Below are positions 39,492 through 49,352 of a DNA stretch of 64,000 nt, in pieces. The position numbers and the translations under genes are program-made. This stretch comes from an uncultured Gemmatimonadales bacterium (GTDB lineage Bacteria; Gemmatimonadota; Gemmatimonadetes; Gemmatimonadales; GWC2-71-9). The stretch covers positions 64,001-128,000 of the forward strand of contig CAWGED010000005.1 in NCBI GenBank assembly GCA_963821525.1, written 5' to 3'. The notes beneath the pieces were generated by a model, which did not search any database, was not told the DNA's origin, and worked only from the letters and a program-made list of their open reading frames with translations. Every line of letters begins with the position of its first letter. The stretch's first letter is position 1.

Positions 39492-40664
39492 TCCAACGGT
39501 CAGCACCGCACCTTTCAGATAAGCCGTCTCCGGGATCGAGAGGATTTCGGGATGGTCGGGAGCCTGCCCCAGCAGCTGGCGCAGGGTCACCCGACGACCG
39601 CTGTCCTCGGCCGCTCGGGCCAACATCTCCTGGAAGGCGGCTCGTGCGACGTGGTAGGAGCAGGAGGCGGTGAGAAGAGTCCCGCCCGGATTCAGAACGC
39701 GAAATCCCCGCAAGTTGATCTCGTTGTATCCCCGGAGCGCCTGGGGCACCGTACTCTTGGTCTTGGCGAATGCTGGTGGGTCGAGGACCACGAGGTCGAA
39801 GCGCCGTCGCTCGCGCTCCCAACTCCGCAGGAGATCGAACGTGTCTCCCTCGAGAAACTCGATGTTGGTCATGCCATTGAGCCGGGCGTTCTCCCTGCCG
39901 CGCTCCAGGGCATCGGCACTCGAGTCGAGGGCGACGACTCGTCCAGCCCTGCGGGCAAGATGGAGCGCGAAGCTGCCGTGGTAGGAGAAGCAATCGAGCG
40001 CCTCGCCGCCGTGCGGGCAGGCACGGGCAGCGAGCATCCGGTTTTCCCGCTGGTCCAGGAAGGCACCGGTCTTCTGTCCGGTCCACGGTGCCGCGAGGTA
40101 GCGTACTTCCGCTTCCCGCACCTCGATGTTCCGGGGCACGTCGCCATGGACCAGCTCCACCCGTTCCGCCAGCCCCTCGTGCCGCCGAACCGCGACGTCA
40201 TTTCGCAGCAGGATGCCTTCGGGAGACAACACCTCGACCAGCGCGTCGACGACCGTCTCTCGCTGGGTCTCCAGCCCGGCGGAGAGGAATTGGGCGACGA
40301 CCCAGCGATCGTAGCGGTCCACGATGAGCGAGGGGAGCCCGTCGCCCTCGGCATGCACGACGCGAAAAGCGGTTGCGTCTATGCCGGTGCGCTGTCCCAC
40401 CGCTCGGGCGAGCCGCTCACGCCACCACGCGCGATCGATCGGGCGATCCCGGGTTTCGAGCAGGCGAAGGCGGATTTCCGAGCGGGGGGAGCAGAGTGCT
40501 ATTCCGAGGAATTTCTTCTTGGTGTCGAATACCCGGCAGAGTCCGGGGTCGCCGGGCGATTCCAGCACATCGCTGCGATAGATCCAGGGGTGACCACGAA
40601 CCCAGCGAGATGCGCCCTTGGCGGTGACACGCGCCAGAGGCAAATCGCCGGCGGTGGGGCTCAC
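39489..40664 (-). CDS. rlmI: RlmI-like class I SAM-dependent rRNA methyltransferase (PUA domain)
   Basis: GHPWIYRSD, GQKTGAFLDQRENR, VLDPPAF, TASCS, PETAYLKG; GTGA overlap with aroH stop. Confidence 0.85.
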   Translation of the reverse strand: MSPTAGDLPLARVTAKGASRWVRGHPWIYRSDVLESPGDPGLCRVFDTKKKFLGIALCSPRSEIRLRLLETRDRPIDRAWWRERLARAVGQRTGIDATAFRVVHAEGDGLPSLIVDRYDRWVVAQFLSAGLETQRETVVDALVEVLSPEGILLRNDVAVRRHEGLAERVELVHGDVPRNIEVREAEVRYLAAPWTGQKTGAFLDQRENRMLAARACPHGGEALDCFSYHGSFALHLARRAGRVVALDSSADALERGRENARLNGMTNIEFLEGDTFDLLRSWERERRRFDLVVLDPPAFAKTKSTVPQALRGYNEINLRGFRVLNPGGTLLTASCSYHVARAAFQEMLARAAEDSGRRVTLRQLLGQAPDHPEILSIPETAYLKGAVLTVG

Positions 40665-41050
40665 TTCGCGGGCTGGGCCCGGTCCGGCCGCAGCGCGGTG
40701 GCTCGCCGCAAGTAGCAATGCTTGATTTGATTCGGCGCGAGCCGGCTGTAGGCGTGCACCAGGACGCGGATGCAGCGCGGGAGGGATCCGGGTACCGGGA
40801 TCTCGGTAGCGTGCAGGATGGCTACCTGGTCCCACCCATAGGGTTGGGAAGCACGGGCGGGAAAGGTCGAGATCAGATCCTGAGTGACCGTGAAAACGGC
40901 GCTCACGATATCGAGCGGATCGATGCCATTGGCTTCCACCAGCGAGCGCAGGAGCTCGTCGGTTGCGCCCAGGATCTCCTCGGGACGATCCTGTTCGACG
41001 GTAGTGGCGCCACGGAAGCCGCGGAGACGCAGCGGCAGAGGCTCGGACAT
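40661..41050 (-). CDS. aroH: Chorismate mutase, AroH class
   Basis: RGATT, FTVTQDL, FPA, EIPVPGSLPRCIRVL, LRPD. Confidence 0.92.
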   Translation of the reverse strand: MSEPLPLRLRGFRGATTVEQDRPEEILGATDELLRSLVEANGIDPLDIVSAVFTVTQDLISTFPARASQPYGWDQVAILHATEIPVPGSLPRCIRVLVHAYSRLAPNQIKHCYLRRATALRPDRAQPAK

Positions 41051-41672
41051 GGTGCAGAATCTAGCGAATCACCTGCGACTGATGCTCGTCACCGATGACC
41101 TGCTACTGGGAGAGCGTGACCCGGTGGCGGTGTGTCGGGCGGCGGAGCGGGGTGGAGTCACGGCGGTCCAACTCCGACTCAAGCAGGCCTCGCCACGGGC
41201 TCTGCTCGACGTGGCCCGGCGGCTTCGAGCCGCACTCCGGGTGCCGGTGATCGTAAACGACCGTCCCGACGTCGCGCGTGCTGCCGGATGCTGGGTGCAT
41301 CTGGGCCCCGATGACGTACCGGTCTCTGTCGTCCGGAGCCTCTTTACTCAAGGCGAGGTCATCGGAGCCTCGGTCGGATCGCTCGAGGAGGCGGCGAGGG
41401 GAAGCGAGGCCGACTATTGGGGAGTCGGGCCGCTTAATGGCAGCGCTACCAAACTCGATGCGGGTCCATCCCTCGGCATCGCCGGGTTTCGACAAATCGT
41501 CGCTCAGGCCGGAGGGCGGCCCTGTATCGCCATTGGAGGCGTGAGGCCTGAAGACGTGAGACCGGTGCTGGAGGCTGGAGGCGCTGGTGTTGCCGTGGTG
41601 TCGGGGATTCTTGGTTCGGCGGACGTGGAGGACGCGGTAAAAAAGTACCGAGTACCGAGTACCGATTACTAA
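41049..41672 (+). CDS. thiE: Thiamine-phosphate synthase
   Basis: VQLRLK, IVNDRPD, VHLGPDD, IGASV, SATK, AIGG, AVVSGI. Confidence 0.9.
   Translation: MVQNLANHLRLMLVTDDLLLGERDPVAVCRAAERGGVTAVQLRLKQASPRALLDVARRLRAALRVPVIVNDRPDVARAAGCWVHLGPDDVPVSVVRSLFTQGEVIGASVGSLEEAARGSEADYWGVGPLNGSATKLDAGPSLGIAGFRQIVAQAGGRPCIAIGGVRPEDVRPVLEAGGAGVAVVSGILGSADVEDAVKKYRVPSTDY
41644..41665. repeat. Heptamer AGTACCG x3 at the thiE 3' end
   Basis: Three perfect copies at the convergent thiE/mltG junction. Confidence 0.7.
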
Positions 41673-42679
41673 TCTTTTCGTCTTCGTACTTCTCGAATGG
41701 CCCGATTGTGCTCGGCGAGGGTTCGGCTGAAGATGTGATAGCCGTCGGGCCGGGCGACGAAGAAGAGATAGGGAACCTGGGCGGGATAGAGGGCAGCACG
41801 GATGCTGGCCAGGCCGGGTGAATTCACCGGTCCGGGAGGCAGCCCCGGATGGAGGTAGGTATTGTAGGGTGAGTTGGTCTCGTAGTCCCGAAAGTACAGT
41901 CGCGGCTTGCGCTGGCCGGTTCTAAGCTGGAGAGCGTACTGAACGGTCGGGTCGGCCTGCAGCGGCATCATCAGTCGCAAGCGATTGGCGTAGACTGCGG
42001 CGATCACCGGCCTCTCCTCGTCGTGCCGGGCTTCCCCTTCCACGATCGACGCCAGGGCCATTACCTGGTGCCGGGTCCAGCCCAGGCTATCGAGTCGCAG
42101 ATCCCACGCCGGATCCCACTGCCGCAGAAATTCCGTTCCCATGCGATGGACCAGCTCCCGTGCGGTGACCGCGAGCGGAAGTTTATAGGTCTCGGGAAGC
42201 AGATACCCCTCGAGCGTCGGAGCCGGGACACCGACAGCGCGTCGAGCCGCCGGGTCGCTGGCTGCCACCAGGACTGATTCGGCGGGAAGGTGCAGCTCGT
42301 CCTGTACCATCCCCGCCAGCTCCAGGAGGGTGATCCCCTCCGGAACGGTGAAGCGGACGACAACCACGCGCCCCGAAGCAAGAATCGTCAGCATCTTCCA
42401 CGGATTGGAGCCCCGCGGAATTTCATAGGTGCCGGCTTGCAGGTTGCGATCGACGCGCCTGATCCTGGCGAGCAGCTGAAACCAGGAGCGGGAGCCGAGA
42501 AGACCGTGGGCTTCCAGACTATCGGCCACCACGCCGAGGCTGGCTCCGCTGGGAATGGTGACGCGTTCAGGTGCGGCCGGGAGACCGGGAGAACCGCAAC
42601 CGATGGAAAGACCGGCTACAAAGGCCAGCCAGATCAGCAGGACCCCAATCGCCAGCCTCGTCCCAGGCGCGGAGCTCAC
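41669..42679 (-). CDS. mltG: Endolytic transglycosylase
   Basis: TVPEG, EGYLLPETY, ASIVEGEA, LQADPTVQY, YNTY...GLPPGP. Confidence 0.93.
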   Translation of the reverse strand: MSSAPGTRLAIGVLLIWLAFVAGLSIGCGSPGLPAAPERVTIPSGASLGVVADSLEAHGLLGSRSWFQLLARIRRVDRNLQAGTYEIPRGSNPWKMLTILASGRVVVVRFTVPEGITLLELAGMVQDELHLPAESVLVAASDPAARRAVGVPAPTLEGYLLPETYKLPLAVTARELVHRMGTEFLRQWDPAWDLRLDSLGWTRHQVMALASIVEGEARHDEERPVIAAVYANRLRLMMPLQADPTVQYALQLRTGQRKPRLYFRDYETNSPYNTYLHPGLPPGPVNSPGLASIRAALYPAQVPYLFFVARPDGYHIFSRTLAEHNRAIREVRRRKD

Positions 42680-43123
42680 GTGGCTCCGCCTCTCCGGGCA
42701 TCCAGGCAATTCTGCAACAGGACCGACGCGGCCATCGCGTCTACTTCTTCCTTCCGACCGCGAGTGGATCCACGCTGTTCGCGAATCAGCTTCAGGGTTC
42801 GCGTGGTGGTGAGACGCTCGTCGCTGAGTTCGACCGGCAGGCTGGTGCGGCGGGCGACTAGTTCGGCCAGCTCGCGGGCCGAGGCGCTCGATTCGGTTTC
42901 GCCTCCCTCGGGTGAGAGGGGGAGGCCAACGACGATTCCGACCGGTTGATGCTGGCTGACGAGTTCGAGGAAGCGGGCGATGGGGAACCGCTTGCCCCGC
43001 CGGCGGGTGAGCGTTTCGAGCGGGGAGGCGAGGGTCTGGGTCTCGTCGCTCAGGGCGAGGCCGATGCGTAACTCACCCCAGTCGATGGCGAGGAGCCGTC
43101 CGGTTCGTGGGCAGGGGGGTCAT
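42676..43123 (-). CDS. ruvX: RuvX/YqgF nuclease, +1 frameshift just after the start
   Basis: Manual translation: GRLLAIDWGELRIGLALSD, VVGLP, DERLTT, VDAMAASVLLQ; absent from ORF track; ruvX-mltG synteny. Confidence 0.9.
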
Positions 43124-43220
43124 TGCCGATTGGCGATTGCCGATTCCCGATTGAACGATTGCCCGGCTCGATACGACGCCTTGGTCAATCTTCAATCGGA
43201 AATCATCAATCATCAATCCC
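43122..43220. repeat. Inverted pair of heptamer tandem arrays (ATTGCCG vs CAATCAT)
   Basis: 6 units at 43122-43164, 5 units at 43186-43220; spans the whole rho-ruvX gap. Confidence 0.85.
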
Positions 43221-44533
43221 TACTGGGCCATGGTCGCGAAGAATTCCTTGTTGCTCTTGGTGCGCTTCATGCGCTCGAGCAGGAATTCCAGGGCCTCCAC
43301 CGGGGGCATGTCGGCGAGGAAGTTTCGCAGCAGGTAGACCCGGTTGAGCTCGTCCTTGTCCATGAGGAGCTCTTCTTTCCGGGTCGAGGTGCGCTGGATG
43401 TCGATGGCGGGATAAATCCGGCGATCGGCCAGACGGCGGTCGAGCACCAGTTCCATGTTGCCGGTTCCCTTGAACTCTTCGAAAATGACCTCGTCCATCC
43501 GGCTGCCGGTGTCGATCAGCGCGGTGGCAATGATCGTGAGCGAGCCGCCGTTGTCGATGTTACGCGCGGCGCCGAAGAAGCGCTTGGGCTTCTGCAGGGC
43601 GTTGGCATCCACACCGCCCGAGAGGATCTTGCCGGAGTGGGGCACCACGACGTTGTGGGCCCGGGCCAGACGGGTGATTGAATCCAGCAGGATCACGACA
43701 TCCCGCCCATGCTCCACCAGCCGCTTCGACTTCTCGATCACCATGTCGGCCACCTGGACGTGGCGGTCGGCCGGCTCGTCGAAGGTGGAGGAGATGACCT
43801 CCGCCTTCACGTTCTCCTGCATGTCGGTGACTTCCTCGGGCCGCTCGTCGATGAGCAGGACGATGAGCACGACCTCGGGATGGTTCTCGCTGATCGCGTT
43901 GGCCAGCTTCTGCATCAGGATCGTCTTACCGGCCTTGGGCGGAGAGACGATCAGTCCGCGTTGTCCTTTGCCGATGGGCGAGAGCAGGTCCACGACCCGC
44001 ATCGCGAGATCGCCTGTGGTCCGTTCCAGCCGAATGCGCCGGTCGGGGTAGCGCGGCTTGAGGTTGTCGAACGCGATCCGGTGCTTGGTCTTTTCCGGCT
44101 CTTCAAAATTGACGTTCTCGACCTTGAGCAAGGCCAGGTAGCGTTCGCCCTCTTTAGGGGGCCGCACCTGGCCCATGACCGTGTCGCCGGTGCGCAGATC
44201 GAAGCGCTTGATCTGGCTGGGCGAGACGTAGATGTCGTCGGGGCCGTAGAGGTAGTTCCAGTCCTGGCTACGAAGGAATCCGTAACCCTCGGGCAGGATT
44301 TCCAGCACACCCTCCCCGCGGATTACGGTGTCCTGGTCGAGCAGCGATTGCTCGATCCGGAAGATCAGGTCTTGCTTGCGAAGCCCTGAGTAGTTTGTGA
44401 TGTTGAGTTGCTCGGCGAGTGCGTGCAACTCGGCGACCGACTTCTGTTTGAGTTCGGCGATATCCACGGGTGGGCCACTCCGCTGAGGAGAAGCGCTACG
44501 GTCGGCCGGAGGCCGGGTCTTGGGTGCAGGCAA
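43220..44533 (-). CDS. rho: Transcription termination factor Rho
   Basis: [45 protein letters not shown]. Confidence 0.98.
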   Translation of the reverse strand: MPAPKTRPPADRSASPQRSGPPVDIAELKQKSVAELHALAEQLNITNYSGLRKQDLIFRIEQSLLDQDTVIRGEGVLEILPEGYGFLRSQDWNYLYGPDDIYVSPSQIKRFDLRTGDTVMGQVRPPKEGERYLALLKVENVNFEEPEKTKHRIAFDNLKPRYPDRRIRLERTTGDLAMRVVDLLSPIGKGQRGLIVSPPKAGKTILMQKLANAISENHPEVVLIVLLIDERPEEVTDMQENVKAEVISSTFDEPADRHVQVADMVIEKSKRLVEHGRDVVILLDSITRLARAHNVVVPHSGKILSGGVDANALQKPKRFFGAARNIDNGGSLTIIATALIDTGSRMDEVIFEEFKGTGNMELVLDRRLADRRIYPAIDIQRTSTRKEELLMDKDELNRVYLLRNFLADMPPVEALEFLLERMKRTKSNKEFFATMAQ

Positions 44534-44681
44534 TGGGATTGGAAAGGCGCCAGGAAATGTTGAAACCGGACTGGGCCGGCGATGGTGTTACTGAGGGAAG
44601 AATGGGACGAACGGGAGAGTGCTCAAGGATGACGGAAGCGCCTCATAATAGAGACACCCCCTTATCCAGTCAAGAGCGATC

Positions 44682-45812
44682 GTGGATCCGCTGACCAGGC
44701 ATTTTCTTGCCTGGCGTGTCCTCCGGAACGCGGACCGGGAAATCATTGAATCCATCATAGCCCCGGAACACCGGGGGCCTTCCCCCAGTCTGGCGGCCTC
44801 GCTCAAGGACTGGCGTGGCGCGCATTACTGGGGTTCTCCAGATCACAGCGAATTGGTGCTGATCCGCCCCCTGCGTCCCGGGCGGCGGGAACGGTGGCTG
44901 CTGCACCTTGCCCTCTTCGGGGCGACCCTCATCTGCTCTCTTGGCGCCGGGGCCGCGCTCCAGGGACGGTTCGATCCCCCGATGGGGTACGGACCGCTCG
45001 CGTGGATCAAGGCCGGCCTCCAGTTCTTCGTCGATTTCACATCGGGATCAACCGAACAGATCCTGAGCGGATGGACGTTCGCGGTGCCACTGTTGGGAAT
45101 TCTGCTAATCCACGAGCTGGGCCACTTCGTGGCCGCTCGGCGCTACGCGGTAGACGCATCTCCCCCCTACTTCCTCCCCGTGCCACCTACGCTGTCGCCG
45201 ATTGGGAGCCTGGGTGCATTCCTGAGGCTGCGCTCGGTGGTAGTGGACCGGCGGCAGCTTCTCGACATTGGAGCTGCCGGTCCCTTGGCAGGATTCGTGG
45301 TTGCCCTGGCCGTCCTGATCTGGGGATACACGACTTCCCAGCCGATCCCTTCGGGCGAGGGGCCACAGGGCCTCATCGTGCGTTTTGCCCAGGGATACTT
45401 CGTGGTCGGCGAATCGCTCCTGCTACGGGGGCTGCGCGAGCACTACTTCCCAGGGGTTACTTCGATCCAGCTGAGTCTCCCTGCGTTCGCGGGGTGGGCA
45501 GGCAGCTTTATTACCGGGCTAAACCTGCTGCCATTGAGCCAACTGGATGGTGGGCACGTGAGCTACGGTCTCGTGGGCAAGCGGCAGACTCTGATCGCCT
45601 GGCTCGCCGTGCTGGGACTGCTTTACCTCTCCTGGCACACGCCCGCCTGGCTGATCTGGATTGTGCTCACTTTGCTGGTGGGAGCGGGGCGGTGGTCTCA
45701 CCCGTCCGTCTTATCCCCGGACAGGCCGGTACCGCGGAGCCGGGTAGTTATTGGGTGGATTTGCCTGGTTGTTCTGGCCCTGACTTTTGTACCAGTACCC
45801 TTCAGTCAATGA
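44682..45812 (+). CDS. Site-2 protease (peptidase M50)
   Basis: HELGH, AAGPLAG, NLLPLSQLDGGH. Confidence 0.92.
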   Translation: MDPLTRHFLAWRVLRNADREIIESIIAPEHRGPSPSLAASLKDWRGAHYWGSPDHSELVLIRPLRPGRRERWLLHLALFGATLICSLGAGAALQGRFDPPMGYGPLAWIKAGLQFFVDFTSGSTEQILSGWTFAVPLLGILLIHELGHFVAARRYAVDASPPYFLPVPPTLSPIGSLGAFLRLRSVVVDRRQLLDIGAAGPLAGFVVALAVLIWGYTTSQPIPSGEGPQGLIVRFAQGYFVVGESLLLRGLREHYFPGVTSIQLSLPAFAGWAGSFITGLNLLPLSQLDGGHVSYGLVGKRQTLIAWLAVLGLLYLSWHTPAWLIWIVLTLLVGAGRWSHPSVLSPDRPVPRSRVVIGWICLVVLALTFVPVPFSQ

Positions 45813-45882
45813 AACATTGCGCGCGGAAGCCCATTATCTATATTGGGTTACGTACCCCTTCCCACAGCGCAAGCGGACCAGG

Positions 45883-46077
45883 ATGCCCATGCCCATGACA
45901 GAGGCCGAGCACCTTACAAAGCTTCGGCATGACCTTGCCAATCCGCTGTCTGCTCTCCTGGCGGAAACCCAGCTCCTCCTACTGAATGAATCCAAGCTCG
46001 ATGCCGAAACCCTGACCAGCCTGAGAGAAATCGAAGCCTTGGCGGTCAGGATGCGGACGATTCTGCGGGACGGATAA
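45883..46077 (+). CDS. Stand-alone HisKA (DHp) domain miniprotein, ~60-64 aa
   Basis: LRHDLANPLSALLAETQLL...IEALAVRMRTILR; no ATPase domain. Confidence 0.7.
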   Translation: MPMPMTEAEHLTKLRHDLANPLSALLAETQLLLLNESKLDAETLTSLREIEALAVRMRTILRDG

Positions 46078-47869
46078 CCCCCGGCTCCGCATCCCGGCTC
46101 CCCTGGCTGCGGAGCCAGAGGGCCCCGTTGGCCAGGTAAAGCAGCAGAAACAGAGCGCTCACGGTGCTGACACCGACCCGGAGCGCGACCCCGCCTTCAC
46201 TCGTCGAAACAAATCCTTCGATAGTTCCCGCGATCATCAGGAGCACGATCACGGCGCCGATCATCCGAATCGCCAATCTCCCGTTCAGCACCAGAGCATC
46301 CGCCCGGGTGAGGTCTCCGGGTGCAATCAGCGCGCGTCCCAGCAGAAAGCCGGCGGCGCCGGCAACCCAGATGGCGAACAACTCCAGCACGCCGTGGCCG
46401 ACGATGAAACTCCAGAGGTAGCCCAGCAGTCCCACGTTGGCGAAGTGGGCGGAGACGGCTCCGATCGAGAGGCCGTTGTACGCCAGCAGCACCAAGGAAC
46501 CAACCCCGGCGAAGATCCCGCCGGCAAAGCAGTAGAAGGCGACGGTGATGTTGTTGGTGATGATGCTCGAGGCGATCATCGGCCGCTGGCGGGCTTCCAC
46601 CTCGACGTACCCCTTACCCTGGCCGATCCGTGAGGCACCGGCTTGGGCCCGCTCCAGCATCACGTCGGGGAGAAGCTCGTCTGCCAGTGCGGGGCGCTCC
46701 TTCAGCAGGAGGAACCCCGCGGCTGCCGGGACAGCGAAGGCGAGAAACGCAATCAATACATAGCGTCGAGCCTGGACCACGGCCGCGGGACATTCCCGCA
46801 TGACCACCTGCCAGATCCGATTGATCGAGTTCCGCTCGTCGCGGTAGAGCACGTTGTGTCCGGAGACAACCAGGCGTTCCAAGCGGGCGAGGGTAGAGGG
46901 ATCGGCCCGATAGGTGCGCGCCCGAGCGAGATCGGCGGCGACCTCCCGATAGCGGGCGGCGAAGTCCGGCAGTTCCCGGGCGTTGAAGCTGTCGAGTCCC
47001 TCACGCGCTGCGCGGTCCGCCATGCTCTGAAAGGTTTGCCAGCGCTCGGTCTTCCGCGCGGCCATCCGTTCGGCAACGGTGCCCTGACCGCGGCGCTCCG
47101 TCGCGCGCGGCTCTCCTCGCGCCCCGAACCTCCCTCGACGGCGCGCGAGCTCATCACGGTATAAGTCGGCCAGGAAGGATTCCGGCGAGGCGGCCCGACT
47201 GGGATAGCGGTCGGCGAATTTCTCGGCGAGGCGTGTGGCGAGACGCTGCCGAACCTCCGGGGCCAGAGCCGAGGCCCGTTCGCTGAATTCCCGCAGGAGA
47301 CGGAACTCCTCGTCTCCCAGTTCGGGAACTCCGACCTCGACGGATGCATCGGAGATTCCGGCGGGCCGGACGGCGACCTCGGTGGGTCGGTCCCGAACGA
47401 CGACGGTGCCGGCCACCAGATCCCCGAGCCGCTTGGCACGGGGATGGAGCGCTACCAGGATTCCGCCGATCAGATAGGGTGGAGGGAGGAAATCGGCGGC
47501 GCGAATCAGGTTGCGAACGGCCGCGGTTCCGAAGGTGACCGGATGCCCGGTATCGCGCACCACGCGGATTCCCAGGCGGCGCTTCCCGGGAGTCTGACCG
47601 TTACGAAGCCCCTCGAAGAAGGCGAAATAGCCCCAGAGAGATGTGAAATACACCAGCGTGAAGATCGCCCCGGCCCAGTCCTCGAACTGAAACGACAGGA
47701 GCGCGAAGACGACCAGCAATGCCATGGACCACCCGATCAGGATCAGGGTGTCGATGATGGCGGCGAGGGCGCGTGACCCGAGCCCCGCGATCTCGTAGTC
47801 GAGGACTACATGCTCTGGAGTCTCGACCTCGAGGTGCTGCCGAAAGTCCAGCGGCGCTCGTGTTGCCAT
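46046..47869 (-). CDS. RDD domain plus SpoIIM (DUF95) fusion membrane protein
   Basis: TPEHV, RALAAIID, GQTPGKR, KRLGDLVAGT; IITNN, HGVLEL, AGTIEGFVS. Confidence 0.88.
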   Translation of the reverse strand: MATRAPLDFRQHLEVETPEHVVLDYEIAGLGSRALAAIIDTLILIGWSMALLVVFALLSFQFEDWAGAIFTLVYFTSLWGYFAFFEGLRNGQTPGKRRLGIRVVRDTGHPVTFGTAAVRNLIRAADFLPPPYLIGGILVALHPRAKRLGDLVAGTVVVRDRPTEVAVRPAGISDASVEVGVPELGDEEFRLLREFSERASALAPEVRQRLATRLAEKFADRYPSRAASPESFLADLYRDELARRRGRFGARGEPRATERRGQGTVAERMAARKTERWQTFQSMADRAAREGLDSFNARELPDFAARYREVAADLARARTYRADPSTLARLERLVVSGHNVLYRDERNSINRIWQVVMRECPAAVVQARRYVLIAFLAFAVPAAAGFLLLKERPALADELLPDVMLERAQAGASRIGQGKGYVEVEARQRPMIASSIITNNITVAFYCFAGGIFAGVGSLVLLAYNGLSIGAVSAHFANVGLLGYLWSFIVGHGVLELFAIWVAGAAGFLLGRALIAPGDLTRADALVLNGRLAIRMIGAVIVLLMIAGTIEGFVSTSEGGVALRVGVSTVSALFLLLYLANGALWLRSQGSRDAEPGVIRPAESSAS

Positions 47870-47969
47870 GAAGGATGATCCGTTGAAATCCCTTCCCAAG
47901 TTCTCCCCGCTCCCGCATCTTGGAAAGTCCAATCTCCGCTCCACTCTCCCACCGGCCTGGAGCCTGTCC

Positions 47970-48746
47970 ATGAACGCACCCGCCCTGCGGCCGTTGTCCA
48001 CGGGGGAAATACTCGACGTTTCATTCGGGCTCTACCGGCAGCGTTTCGGGCCGCTGGTGAAGGTGGCACTGGTGACCGCCGCTGTTCCCTTGCTCATCGG
48101 GATTTACGTGACGACGGCGGGAGGGCAGTTCGCGAACCTGGGATTGTCTATCGCCAACCTGCTCCTGAAGACCGTGCTGGATCTCCTGGCACTGGGCGCC
48201 ACGATTTTCATCGTGTCGGAGAGCTACCTCGGGCACGACCTGAGCGCCGCGGATGCGCTGAAGCGCTCGGTCCCGTTTCTGGGCAGGCTGGTCTTTCTGA
48301 GCATCCTGCTCGGTCTCGTGATTGGTGTCGGGTTTCTGCTGTTCTTCATTCCGGGTTGCGTGTTCCTCGCGGGGCTGATCGCCTCCGTGCCGGCTCTGGT
48401 GCTGGAGAATCATCAAAGCGCCCTTGAGGCGATGGGCCGTGGCTGGGGACTCTCGCGGGGATTCCGCCGGAAACAGTTCGTGATCGTCGCGACTGTCTTC
48501 ATCCTGCAGGTGATCCCTGCAATGGCCGCGGGATTCTTCCTCCCGGAATTCTCGAATCCCGCGGCGGTCTATGAGCTGGAAGGCGGAGTCGGAACCGCCT
48601 CAATCATTCTCGGTGTCGCGGGGATCCTGCAGGTCCTGATCTCGCCCTTCGTGTACTGCACCGTCACCGTGGCCTACTACGACCTGCGGGTCCGCAAAGA
48701 AGGGTTCGACCTGGAAATCCTGGCGGCCCGGCTGCAACCCGCGTGA
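47970..48746 (+). CDS. Membrane protein of the MoxR/DUF58 module
   Basis: LRPLSTGEILD, multi-TM, YYDLRVRKEGFDL. Confidence 0.75.
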   Translation: MNAPALRPLSTGEILDVSFGLYRQRFGPLVKVALVTAAVPLLIGIYVTTAGGQFANLGLSIANLLLKTVLDLLALGATIFIVSESYLGHDLSAADALKRSVPFLGRLVFLSILLGLVIGVGFLLFFIPGCVFLAGLIASVPALVLENHQSALEAMGRGWGLSRGFRRKQFVIVATVFILQVIPAMAAGFFLPEFSNPAAVYELEGGVGTASIILGVAGILQVLISPFVYCTVTVAYYDLRVRKEGFDLEILAARLQPA

Positions 48747-49352
48747 GCCAGGTTCCCGCCGACTCGCTGCGCGCCGTCCTCGATAGCGTCTTCGCCGCCC
48801 CGGCCTATCAATGGGTAGAACCGCCAAGGCCTTTCGCATTCCTGGGCCGGTGGTGGCGGGCGCTCGAGGATTGGCTGGCGGCGTTTCGGGAAGGGAACCC
48901 GCAGTTGTTCGAGGTGTTTTTCTGGACCCTCGTGCTGATTCTGGTCATGGTGCTGGTCCACGCTTCGTACGTCATGTTCCAGACCATTCGTGCGGCGGGA
49001 GCATCGACCGAGTCACGCCTCCCGCAGCCGACAGAGCAGCGAAACGCAGCCTGGTACCGGCGACGCGCCGAGGGCCTGGCCTCCGAGGGAAGGTTCCTCG
49101 AGGCGATGCCGCTGGATTTCCTCGCCCTCATGCTCGAGCTCGATGCGCGGCATGTGGTGCGCTTTCAGGGGAGCAAGACACCGGGCGAGTATGCTGCCGA
49201 GGCTCAGTTGCCGGAGGAGCAGCGTGCCTTGTTGCGCGACGCGGTTCGCGGATTGTACGGGCACGTGTTCGCCGAGATCCCCTGCGGGCCCGGACGAGTA
49301 TCTAGCCTGGCGGGATCTCACCGAGGGCAGGCGCTATGCGGCTGCGCACTGA
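48743..49352 (+). CDS. DUF4129-domain protein, frameshift at ~49270
   Basis: TM segment, A...GRFLEA, SKTPGEY; synteny. Confidence 0.7.
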
